Shown here piece by piece: positions 8,110 to 15,928 of a stretch of DNA of 57,643 bases. The notes beneath the pieces are model-generated. The model ran no database searches. It saw only the letters and a list, made by a program, of their open reading frames with translations, and was not told the DNA's origin. A program made the position numbers and the translations under genes. The stretch lies in the NCBI GenBank assembly GCA_046481785.1, contig JAWOJF010000040.1, forward strand, positions 1 to 57,643, read 5' to 3'. Every line of letters starts with the position of its first letter. Within the stretch, counting starts at the first letter, position 1. Source of the DNA: Ignavibacteriaceae bacterium. Its GTDB lineage: Bacteria; Bacteroidota; Ignavibacteria; Ignavibacteriales; Ignavibacteriaceae.

Positions 8110-10421
8110 TGACATCAAACACATTAACCGCATCTGCTAATACAGCAGGCAGCCTATTCCAGATTTTTAATCTTCCAAAAGCAGGCAATTCCTCTTATTT
8201 ATTCTCAGACATTATAAAAATTATTGGCAACGAAGCAGACCCTCAAACAATTAATAACCTGCCGGGCATAACTGCATCATCAACTGCAGGAACCGCCGTG
8301 CCTGAGTTAAATATTATTGATACCTCAAAGCTTATTGGCTTGCTTTTAAAAAATATAAACGGCGAAACAGGAAAGAATGCAGAGACAAATGAAAACCTTT
8401 CCGGAGAACAGTTCTATATAAGTGAAAATGATCTAAATGACTTTATTACTTTACTTGGACTGGAAAAAACATCTGCTGTTGCTCAACAACTATCGGAAAT
8501 AGAAGTTGAAATTAGTCCCGAATTTCTTGAAAAACTCGCAAGGTTTACAGGTGGTTCAGTTAAAGATAATGGCAAACATTTATTTATTAGTCTGGATAAC
8601 AGTATTAATGATGAAAATAAGGATGATAGTGAAGTAATTCCATCGGGAAACAAAAAAATAAAAATTATTTTTAAAAAAATTGAACAGGATAATTCACTCA
8701 ATTCTTTACAACCGGAACTACTTGCAGGCGATTTTAATTATAAAATAATCCATACTTTAGAGACAACCGGTGCTGTTAACCCCGGCTTAACCGCAGAACC
8801 GGAAAAAACAATTGTTGTTTCCCCAAATGCCCAGGCAAATGGAAGCACAAAAGTTTCTGCAAAAGGCCAGGGAGTGGATCAAAAAATCCAGGTGCAAACC
8901 GGAAATATTGAATTTGAATTAACTTCCGGTGAAGATGAGATTTCCACTGTAAAAAATTCAACTGATATTGCTGCAAAGCCTGTATCAGATAGCCAGGAAT
9001 TAACAGGTAATAAGTTACCTGTTGATAAAAAACCTGTGTTTAATGTTGGTTCAAATATTAAAATAGAAAATCCTGATAAAGAAATTACTCAAGTTAATAC
9101 TAAATCAAATAATAAAGCAGAACCCGTAATTAACGTATCAACAGAAGATAGTAGTGATACAGATGTAATGACTGCTCAAAAGATTTCTATTAAGTCCGAA
9201 ATGACAGAGCCTGCCGGCGAGAAAATAAAAGTTAACATGCAGGAATCTCATACTAAACTGGTAATTAAACCTTTGCCGGATAAAACGGGAACTGAATCTG
9301 CGGAAAAAATATCCGGCAGGCAGGATACTAAAATATCTTTAACCCTTCCCGGAAAAGAGCCGGTTGAAGGTTTACAAAAAACTTCTGTAGAAAATACATC
9401 AACAAAAAATGTTTCAGTAGAAAATTCATCAACAAAGAATGTTTCAGTAGAAAATTCATCTGACAAAACCGCTCCCAAGACAGTTGAAAAAGTTTTTAGC
9501 CGCCCTCTTATTCCTAACGAAATATTAAAAGGTGAAGAAGATATAAAAACACCCGGTACCACAGCTAAGACGGTTAGTGAACTAAAGAGCCTCTACCAGG
9601 TAACCTTTGAGAAGGCGGAACCCAAAAACCCGATAAATAATGAAAAAAGCCTTCCTCATAATTTTTATACTTCAGATTATGAAGAGTTTGATAACGGACT
9701 CTTTACTGATAAGCTTCAGGCGGTTGTAAAAGAAAAGGTAATACAGGGTAAACCGGAAGAACACTCAACTAACCAGGCTACTTCTTCTGCAAAGGATGGT
9801 CTTCCGGAGAATAAGATCACTGTTAAAGAAAGCCCGGGCGATTCACAGGACAAATCTGCATCAAATAATAACTCCGGTGAAAACCATCAGGGAAATAAGC
9901 AGAATATGAAGCCAGGCAATGAGTTTATTTTAGAGCCTGTCCAGTCAAGGAATGCTTCAAATGATTCTGCTAGTACCGGTAAAACTGAACCTGTTAAAGA
10001 TTATACATTATTTAAGAATATAAATGCAAATGATCTGATTGATGAAGTTAAAAGTCTTGTTGTAAAAGGTGAAAGATCAAATGTTGTACTTAAACTTAAC
10101 CCCGGGCATCTTGGAAGTGTAAAACTGATTATTGAGATAAAAGATGCCGTGATGAATACTAAAATTGAAGTTGAGAATGAGTCGGTAAGACAAATAGTAC
10201 AAAACAATGTAGACATTTTAAAACAATCACTCCAGCAAAATGGAATACATTTAAATTCTTTTACAGTTTCCCTTACTTCACAGGAGCAGAAATCATCATC
10301 TGCAAAACCGGAACACAAGAAAAAGGGGCATACTGTAAAGAATGATATTACAATTGACGAAGAGATAAATGCCTCAGCGTCTAAAAAAATGGGTTACAAC
10401 ACGTACGAATATCTTGCTTAA
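8106..10421 (+). CDS. fliK: flagellar hook-length control protein FliK
   Basis: 771 aa. Long low-complexity Ser/Thr/Asn/Lys-rich ruler region. C-terminal Flg_hook domain (VVLKLNPGHLGSVKLIIEIKD...ENESVRQIVQNNVDILKQSLQQNGIHL). Confidence 0.88.
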   Translation: MMTSNTLTASANTAGSLFQIFNLPKAGNSSYLFSDIIKIIGNEADPQTINNLPGITASSTAGTAVPELNIIDTSKLIGLLLKNINGETGKNAETNENLSGEQFYISENDLNDFITLLGLEKTSAVAQQLSEIEVEISPEFLEKLARFTGGSVKDNGKHLFISLDNSINDENKDDSEVIPSGNKKIKIIFKKIEQDNSLNSLQPELLAGDFNYKIIHTLETTGAVNPGLTAEPEKTIVVSPNAQANGSTKVSAKGQGVDQKIQVQTGNIEFELTSGEDEISTVKNSTDIAAKPVSDSQELTGNKLPVDKKPVFNVGSNIKIENPDKEITQVNTKSNNKAEPVINVSTEDSSDTDVMTAQKISIKSEMTEPAGEKIKVNMQESHTKLVIKPLPDKTGTESAEKISGRQDTKISLTLPGKEPVEGLQKTSVENTSTKNVSVENSSTKNVSVENSSDKTAPKTVEKVFSRPLIPNEILKGEEDIKTPGTTAKTVSELKSLYQVTFEKAEPKNPINNEKSLPHNFYTSDYEEFDNGLFTDKLQAVVKEKVIQGKPEEHSTNQATSSAKDGLPENKITVKESPGDSQDKSASNNNSGENHQGNKQNMKPGNEFILEPVQSRNASNDSASTGKTEPVKDYTLFKNINANDLIDEVKSLVVKGERSNVVLKLNPGHLGSVKLIIEIKDAVMNTKIEVENESVRQIVQNNVDILKQSLQQNGIHLNSFTVSLTSQEQKSSSAKPEHKKKGHTVKNDITIDEEINASASKKMGYNTYEYLA
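9387..9460 (+). repeat. 30-bp tandem repeat (about 2.5 units) inside fliK, encoding VENxSTKNVS repeats
   Basis: Unit 1 is 9387-9416, unit 2 is 9417-9446 (2 mismatches) and the partial unit 3 starts at 9447. Protein: VENTSTKNVSVENSSTKNVSVENSSDK. Confidence 0.85.
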
Positions 10422-10442
10422 AGCAGGATAAATCGGAGAGAT

Positions 10443-10469
10443 TAAACTTTTAAAGCATTTCTCCGATAA
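10443..10469 (+). promoter_or_regulatory. candidate sigma28 (FliA)-type promoter, TAAA-N15-TCCGATAA, in the fliK-flgD spacer
   Basis: TAAA 10443-10446, 15 nt, then TCCGATAA 10462-10469. The -10 octamer is the same as at 7999-8006. It is embedded in the inverted repeat ATCGGAGA (10432-39) / TCTCCGAT (10460-67). Confidence 0.45.
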
Positions 10470-10526
10470 TAAGATGTAAAATGGTGCCTGAAGCAAAGGT
10501 ACAATGATATCAGAAAACTTTAACCA

Positions 10527-10599
10527 GAGCGGGACCTTTTAAGGACGCTCCAACCCCTGCCTAATGGCAGGCAAACTGCCCGACTGACTGAAGGCGGTT
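10527..10599 (+). promoter_or_regulatory. conserved structured leader element, copy 1 (three stem-loops), upstream of flgD
   Basis: H1 is GAGCG/CGCTC, H2 is CCTGCC/GGCAGG and H3 is AACTGCC/GGCGGTT. It is about 89% identical to 11770-11843, with compensatory changes in H3. Confidence 0.6.
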
Positions 10600-10691
10600 A
10601 ACATGAACCTTAAAGGTTAAACACTTCTGATTTCCACACTTTAGCTTACCAGGCTTATAAATCCTTAAGTTTTATTACAAGGAATATTATT

Positions 10692-11384
10692 ATGATTGAT
10701 ACAGTAAACAGTGGTTATTCCGGAACATACTCGCCAGAAGGAGCTGGAAAAAGCGAACTTGGTAAGGATGACTTCCTGAAACTTATGATAACCCAGTTGA
10801 GATATCAGGATCCTATGAACCCTTTGGACAGCAACGAATACAGTGCACAGCTTGCGCAGTTCAGCTCGCTGGAACAGCTTACCAATCTTAACGAAAATCT
10901 TACCTCTATGATTGAGGCTAACTATACTTTAACACAGTCTGTTTATAATACTATGACCACTACTTTAATTGGCAAAGAAGTAAAAGTTGATGGTAACGAA
11001 TTTAATAATAAAGGGCAGGATAGTATTGATCTGGGATTTAACTTATCTGCTGCTCCTGCAAATACAACTATTAAAATTTATAATGAATCAGGTAAGCTTG
11101 TAAGAACAATTGATGATAAGTCATTCAGCTCTGGTGATAATAAACTAAACTGGGATTTTACAGATGATTCCGGCAATGAGCTTCCCGAAGGCAAATACAG
11201 TTTTGAAGTTGAAGCAAAAGGTTACGGCGATACAAATCTTACTGTTAAAAGCTTTAAATATGGAACAATTAACAGCATTAAATATACTGAAGACGGAATT
11301 ATGCTTTTGATTAACGGAATGGAGTATCTGCCGGCAGAAATTATAGAAATAACAAATCCTTCAAACAGCGAAGGAGATAACTAA
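10692..11384 (+). CDS. flgD: flagellar hook assembly/capping protein FlgD
   Basis: GKDDFLKLMITQLRYQDPMNPLDSNEYSAQLAQFSSLEQL is the canonical FlgD N-domain. The C-terminal part is FlgD Ig-like. Confidence 0.93.
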   Translation: MIDTVNSGYSGTYSPEGAGKSELGKDDFLKLMITQLRYQDPMNPLDSNEYSAQLAQFSSLEQLTNLNENLTSMIEANYTLTQSVYNTMTTTLIGKEVKVDGNEFNNKGQDSIDLGFNLSAAPANTTIKIYNESGKLVRTIDDKSFSSGDNKLNWDFTDDSGNELPEGKYSFEVEAKGYGDTNLTVKSFKYGTINSIKYTEDGIMLLINGMEYLPAEIIEITNPSNSEGDN

Positions 11385-11385
11385 A

Positions 11386-11757
11386 ATGGCAGAGATAAAC
11401 GGGATTAAAGTTCCCTTTATACCAATAATCAGTGAGCCGGTACTTCAGAAAAAGATTAATACCGATTCTGGAGATTTTGATGCCATTTTTCAGCAGGAAC
11501 TTGAGAAAGTAAAATTCTCAAATCATGCAATGAAAAGACTTGAAACAAGAAATATACAGCTTGGCGATGAAGAAATCGGCAAAATCCAGAACGCTGTGGA
11601 ACTTGCAGAGCAGAAGGGTTCAAAAGACTCTCTGGTACTTATGAACAATACAGCTTTTATTGTTAATGTTCCTAACAGAACTGTTGTTACAGCATTGCCT
11701 GTTAATGATAGTTCGGAAAATATTTTTACAAATATAGACAGTGTAGTTTTAATATAA
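11386..11757 (+). CDS. flagellar operon protein of the TIGR02530-like family found between flgD and flgE in Firmicutes and spirochetes
   Basis: FSNHAMKRLETRNIQL....AVELAEQKGSKDSLVLMNNTAFIVNVPNRTVVTA matches my memory of that family pattern. The position is conserved. Confidence 0.6.
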   Translation: MAEINGIKVPFIPIISEPVLQKKINTDSGDFDAIFQQELEKVKFSNHAMKRLETRNIQLGDEEIGKIQNAVELAEQKGSKDSLVLMNNTAFIVNVPNRTVVTALPVNDSSENIFTNIDSVVLI

Positions 11758-11769
11758 GTAAATAATAAA

Positions 11770-11843
11770 GAGCGGGACCTTTTAAGGACGCTCCGACCCC
11801 CTGCCTGACGGCAGGAAGGCTGCCCGACTGACTGAAGGCAGCC
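11770..11843 (+). promoter_or_regulatory. conserved structured leader element, copy 2, upstream of flgE
   Basis: The first 26 nt are identical to copy 1. H3 here is GGCTGCC/GGCAGCC. It is followed by hairpin AACCT(11861-65)/AGGTT(11870-74), which encloses the flgE SD AGGAGG. Confidence 0.6.
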
Positions 11844-11877
11844 AACACAAATTAAACATAAACCTTAGGAGGTTATA

Positions 11878-13614
11878 ATGGCACTTCTTAATTCACTCTT
11901 TGCAGGCGTATCAGGTATGCGTAATCATCAGTCAATGATGGATGTTATTGGCAATAACATTGCAAACGTTAATACAATCGGGTTCAAGGGTTCAAGAATC
12001 ACCTTCAGTGATGCTTTTAACCAGTTTGTAAAAGCAGGTACAAACCCAACTGCATCAACAGGTGGTACAAATACTTTCCAGGTGGGTCTTGGTATGAAAA
12101 TAAATTCCATAGACAGGAACTGGAACCAGGGTACATTTGAAAGAACAGGGATTACAACTGATATGGCTTTGCAGGGCCCCGGAATGTTTGTTCTTAAAAG
12201 TAATGAAGAAAGATTTTATTCAAGAGCAGGTGCATTTATTTTTGATGCAGATGGTAAACTAGTTTCTCCTCAAAACGGAGCTATTGTGCAGGGCAAGGTT
12301 GCTAATAGTGATGGTGCTGTACCTCCCGGAAACAACCTTGAGGATATAGTAATTGATACGAATTTAAAACTTCCTGCAATTGCAACCGACCTGATAAAAT
12401 GGGGCGGTAATCTGAAAAGTAATTCCGAGTTAACCAGGTCAGATAATGTGGTACAAAGAGGTAATCTAAATTCAAATTTTGAGGCCCCGGCTACAGCGCC
12501 AGGACCATTCGATACCCAAACTGCTATATATAATGAATTGGGTGAGAAGTATATTCTTAAAGTTACATATACTGCAACAGCAACACCTAATGAATATGAC
12601 ATGACATGGAGAGTTCTAGATGAAGAAGGCGAGCCATTCCTTCTTGATCCAACAGATCCGCTTTCTATTGATCCGGCTTATGATGGCGCTCTTCCTAATC
12701 CTATTTTATTTATTGAAAATCCTCCAAGCAGCGGAAATTTTGTTTTGGATGATACTTCAAAGGCCTATTTTGATAGTGATAGTACCGATGATAATCATGT
12801 TACTGTTCCTGGTTTTGATGCAGGATTTGATATAGAGGCAGGTTCAATTACTCAGAATGGCAGTACAACAACATTAAGTTTATCTGCTGATGGTAATAGA
12901 GAACCTAATATTGTTAGTGGTTCAGTAACAATATTCGATTCACTTGGTACATCACACCAGGTTACAATGAAATATACAAAAATTCTTGATAATACCTGGA
13001 TCTGGAGTGCTTCGATACCCGGTATAAGCACTGATAACGGTCTTGCAGTGGATTCAACAGGAACAATTACATTTAACTCTGATGGTACATTGGATCCGAG
13101 TAAAATTGCGCCGAATAATCCTCAGCTTACATTTACACCTGCGGGAGGTGCTAATCTTATGGTTATTGATCTCGATTTCGGAAGAGGATTTGGCGGTGTT
13201 ACACAAACTTCTTCAAGTTCAGTAATTTCAGCTTTAAACCAGAATGGTTCAGCATCAGCTTCATTATCAAACATAAATATTGACCAGTATGGACACATTG
13301 TAGGTATATTCTCTAACGGTAATTCAAGAACCCTTGCACAGGTAATGGTAGCAACTTTTGCAAACCTTAACGGTTTAATAAGTGTTGGCGATAACCTCTT
13401 TTCATCATATGCTAACTCAGGGGATCCCAGAATAGCATCGCTTGGTGAAGAAAGCGGCACTACTGTTCAATCAGGTGCTCTTGAGCAATCCAATGTAGAC
13501 CTTAGTGAAGAGTTTACAAAAATGATAGTATCGCAGAGGGGTTTCCAGGCTAATGCCAGGGTAATTTCAACTGCAGATACTTTACTCCAGGAAATAACAA
13601 ATCTGATCAGATAA
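11878..13614 (+). CDS. flgE: flagellar hook protein FlgE
   Basis: N-terminal ALLNSLFAGVSGMRNHQSMMDVIGNNIANVNTIGFK. C-terminal ALEQSNVDLSEEFTKMIVSQRGFQANARVISTADTLLQEI. Confidence 0.95.
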   Translation: MALLNSLFAGVSGMRNHQSMMDVIGNNIANVNTIGFKGSRITFSDAFNQFVKAGTNPTASTGGTNTFQVGLGMKINSIDRNWNQGTFERTGITTDMALQGPGMFVLKSNEERFYSRAGAFIFDADGKLVSPQNGAIVQGKVANSDGAVPPGNNLEDIVIDTNLKLPAIATDLIKWGGNLKSNSELTRSDNVVQRGNLNSNFEAPATAPGPFDTQTAIYNELGEKYILKVTYTATATPNEYDMTWRVLDEEGEPFLLDPTDPLSIDPAYDGALPNPILFIENPPSSGNFVLDDTSKAYFDSDSTDDNHVTVPGFDAGFDIEAGSITQNGSTTTLSLSADGNREPNIVSGSVTIFDSLGTSHQVTMKYTKILDNTWIWSASIPGISTDNGLAVDSTGTITFNSDGTLDPSKIAPNNPQLTFTPAGGANLMVIDLDFGRGFGGVTQTSSSSVISALNQNGSASASLSNINIDQYGHIVGIFSNGNSRTLAQVMVATFANLNGLISVGDNLFSSYANSGDPRIASLGEESGTTVQSGALEQSNVDLSEEFTKMIVSQRGFQANARVISTADTLLQEITNLIR

Positions 13615-13632
13615 TTTTCATGATCAACCTCT

Positions 13633-13662
13633 GGCGGGATAGCAGTATCCCGCCTTTTTTTT
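13633..13662 (+). terminator. Rho-independent terminator after flgE
   Basis: GGCGGGAT (13633-40), loop AGCAGT, ATCCCGCC (13647-54), then T8 (13655-62). Confidence 0.85.
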
Positions 13663-13875
13663 GTAGCACAGGCTTTAGCCTGTGTTTTTTTTTGTGAGCA
13701 AGTTAAACCCCGAAATTATCCAGCACGGGCTTTAGCCTGTGATGTTTGTAAAGCAGGCCGGGCGGGTACATATGAACATCTTAATTCTCTTAAAAATCAG
13801 TCCTTTTCACAGGCTAAGGCTTGTGCTGCATAATTTCCAGTTGTTTTCTGTTCACAGGCTAAAGCCTGTGCTACA
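13662..13875. repeat. nested inverted array of four REP/BIME-like palindromic units (A, B, C', D'); possibly MITE-like
   Basis: A (13662-84, TGTAGCACAGGCTTTAGCCTGTG) is the perfect reverse complement of D (13853-75). B (13712-41) is about 87% identical to the reverse complement of C (13808-38). Each unit is itself a CACAGGCT..AGCCTGTG hairpin. Confidence 0.8.
13667..13693 (+). terminator. second hairpin plus T9 (palindromic unit A acting as a back-up terminator)
   Basis: CACAGGCT (13667-74), TT, AGCCTGTG (13677-84), followed by T9 (13685-93). Confidence 0.6.
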
Positions 13876-13884
13876 ATCTCCAAT

Positions 13885-13892
13885 TGTATAAT
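13885..13892 (+). promoter_or_regulatory. candidate extended -10 element (TGTATAAT) upstream of fliL
   Basis: Perfect TGnTATAAT 87 nt upstream of the fliL ATG. No good -35 element. Promoter rules for this lineage are unknown. Confidence 0.25.
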
Positions 13893-13978
13893 AATAGCCA
13901 ATTCTTCTAATAAATCATTAAAAAAACGTTGATATTTTGTTATTTCTTTATGGCACATCAGTTGAATTGACTTAGCGT

Positions 13979-14536
13979 ATGGCAAATGAAGAAATCATAG
14001 AAAAACCCGTAGAAAAAAAGCTTGAAGATAGTTTTGTGGCTGAAAAACCTAAAAAGTTTAATTCAAAAATACTTATTATAGGTCTGCCCATCTTTATAGT
14101 TCAACTGGTAGTTGTTTATTTTTTAACCGCTAATTTTTTACTCAGCAAAATTACAAAACCTGATATTGATACAATTTCAAAGGACAGTTCGGCTGTATCT
14201 AAAACAACCGATGCCGGTTCTTCAAAGGAACTGGGTAAACATATTTTCCTGATTGAGGATATAGTTGTAAATCCAGCCGATACCGAAGGTAAAAGACTGC
14301 TTCTTACATCTGTAGGTTTTGACCTTCAGGAAGAAACTGCTATACAGGACTATAAATCAAAAGAAGTACTTCTTAAAGACGCAATTGTTACTACTCTATC
14401 AAGTAAATCATTAATGCAGTTAAGCAATACTTCTTTTAAAGATTCCATTAAAAGTGAAATTATTACAAGGGTAAAATCACTTATTCCGGGAAGTAAATTA
14501 AATACAGTTTACATTAGTAAATATATTCTTCAATAA
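13979..14536 (+). CDS. fliL: flagellar basal body-associated protein FliL
   Basis: Single N-terminal TM segment, then ...IFLIEDIVVNPADTEGKRLLLTSVGFDL... typical of FliL. It precedes fliM. Confidence 0.85.
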   Translation: MANEEIIEKPVEKKLEDSFVAEKPKKFNSKILIIGLPIFIVQLVVVYFLTANFLLSKITKPDIDTISKDSSAVSKTTDAGSSKELGKHIFLIEDIVVNPADTEGKRLLLTSVGFDLQEETAIQDYKSKEVLLKDAIVTTLSSKSLMQLSNTSFKDSIKSEIITRVKSLIPGSKLNTVYISKYILQ

Positions 14537-14545
14537 AGGTTTATA

Positions 14546-15532
14546 ATGGCAGAAGTTTTATCCCAGCAAGAGATAGACCAATTACTTAATAAAGTAAAAA
14601 GTGGTGACGAGCAGCCTGCGGGGCCTACTATTCAGGAGGAAGCTTCCTTATATGACTTCAGGCTTCCAAACAGAATATCAAAAAATCAGCTTAGAACCTT
14701 ACGCAATATTCATGATAATTTTGCCGAAAGTTTCAGCTCTTTTCTTGTAACAAAACTTCAATCTATTGTAAGCATAAACGTAACTTCCATTGACCAGATA
14801 TACTATTCTGAATATGTACTCTCTGTTTCAAACCCCGGATGTTTGTACACTTTTGAATTAAAAGATACCGATATAAAAGGTATTCTTGAGCTAAACCTTG
14901 ATCTTGCATTAAGCCTTGTAGACAGAATGCTGGGCGGAAACGGCCTTGGCTCCAAACAGGTTAAGATAATAACACCTATTGAGCAAAAAGTGCTTTTTCC
15001 GATAATTGAAAAGATAATGTACGATCTTAAGAAGGTCTGGCAGGTTGTTGATAACTATGATTTCAGAATAGAAAGATTTGAATCGGACATTGATTTTGCA
15101 CAGATAACATCACAGAACGAATCAGTACTGCTTATTTCCTTTGAAATTCTTGTTGGAGAGCAGTCATTTCTTATGAACGTTTGTTTTGCCACATTTGCTT
15201 TTGACACTGTACTTTCAAAGTTATCTTCTCAAAAGCTTTCAACAATTCGTCCTACCAAATACAATGGAATAACGGCAAGAGATCTGATAAAATCTCATTT
15301 AGATAAAACATTTTTGCCTGTTACAGTTGAGTTTGGGTCAACAAAGATAACCGTGGATGAATTACTAAATCTTACAAAAGGTGACATTCTTAAGTTAAGC
15401 AATAAAATATCAGATGATCATTTGGTAAAAGTTGGAAATAAAAAAATGTTTTATGGTAAAATTGGTGTTGTAAATAAAAACAAAGCAATTAAAATCAATA
15501 AAAGAATATTAGCAAATAATAAAGACGAATAA
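14546..15532 (+). CDS. fliM: flagellar motor switch protein FliM
   Basis: N-terminal CheY-P binding peptide LSQQEIDQLL. FliM middle domain and C-terminal SpoA-like domain. Confidence 0.93.
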   Translation: MAEVLSQQEIDQLLNKVKSGDEQPAGPTIQEEASLYDFRLPNRISKNQLRTLRNIHDNFAESFSSFLVTKLQSIVSINVTSIDQIYYSEYVLSVSNPGCLYTFELKDTDIKGILELNLDLALSLVDRMLGGNGLGSKQVKIITPIEQKVLFPIIEKIMYDLKKVWQVVDNYDFRIERFESDIDFAQITSQNESVLLISFEILVGEQSFLMNVCFATFAFDTVLSKLSSQKLSTIRPTKYNGITARDLIKSHLDKTFLPVTVEFGSTKITVDELLNLTKGDILKLSNKISDDHLVKVGNKKMFYGKIGVVNKNKAIKINKRILANNKDE

Positions 15533-15541
15533 GGTATACAA

Positions 15542-15928
15542 ATGGAAGAGAACGAAACTCCTATTTATTCCAGTACTCCAGACTCAGGAGAACCCAAAAA
15601 AGTAAAAACCGAACTTGCCGGTTTTGAGGAGCTTGATGAATCCTTTATAAAGAATAATGACTCCGACGATAAAATCAGCCTGTTAAAGGATCTTCAGCTT
15701 AATGTTTATATAGAGCTTGGCAGAACACAGATGCAGATTAAAGACATCCTTGAGCTTGAACGCGGATATGTAATTGAACTTGATAAGCTTGCAAGTGAAC
15801 CTGTTGATATTTTTGTAAACAATAAAAAAATTGCCGAAGGTGAAGTAGTTGTTATTGATAAACATTTTGGAATAAGGATAACAAACCTTTATGAGGCCTC
15901 AACACGTTCATTGAAAGGACTATATTAA
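15542..15928 (+). CDS. fliN: flagellar motor switch protein FliN
   Basis: SpoA domain [61 protein letters not shown]. Confidence 0.92.
   Translation: MEENETPIYSSTPDSGEPKKVKTELAGFEELDESFIKNNDSDDKISLLKDLQLNVYIELGRTQMQIKDILELERGYVIELDKLASEPVDIFVNNKKIAEGEVVVIDKHFGIRITNLYEASTRSLKGLY

Noticed and set aside
10602-10619. Mini-ORF ATG AAC CTT AAA GGT TAA (MNLKG) after RNA element copy 1, a possible leader peptide
   Set aside because: There is no SD, it is not conserved in copy 2, and the segment is better explained as the AACCU/AGGUU hairpin.
12620-13225. Plus-strand ORFs 12620-12835 and 13043-13225 inside flgE
   Set aside because: They are off-frame within the continuous 578-aa FlgE reading frame. 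Their hydrophobic, low-complexity translation is typical of an alternative frame in AT-rich coding DNA.
13662-13875. Possible CRISPR array, because of repeated ~20-bp palindromic units
   Set aside because: There are only four units. They are in inverted rather than direct orientation, their spacing is irregular (about 27-66 nt), the flanks are themselves repeated, and no cas genes are present.
13951-13965. TGGCAC-N5-TTGA as a functional sigma54 promoter for fliL
   Set aside because: The -12 element lies only about 14 nt from the fliL ATG, leaving no room for a leader or SD, and the -12 GC is GA. It is kept only as a curiosity alongside the similar flgB motif.
13797-13985. 62-aa minus-strand ORF with a repeated AQALACE peptide
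   Set aside because: The peptide repeat is simply the translation of the palindromic units C and D. There is no RBS, and the ORF lies in the repeat array.
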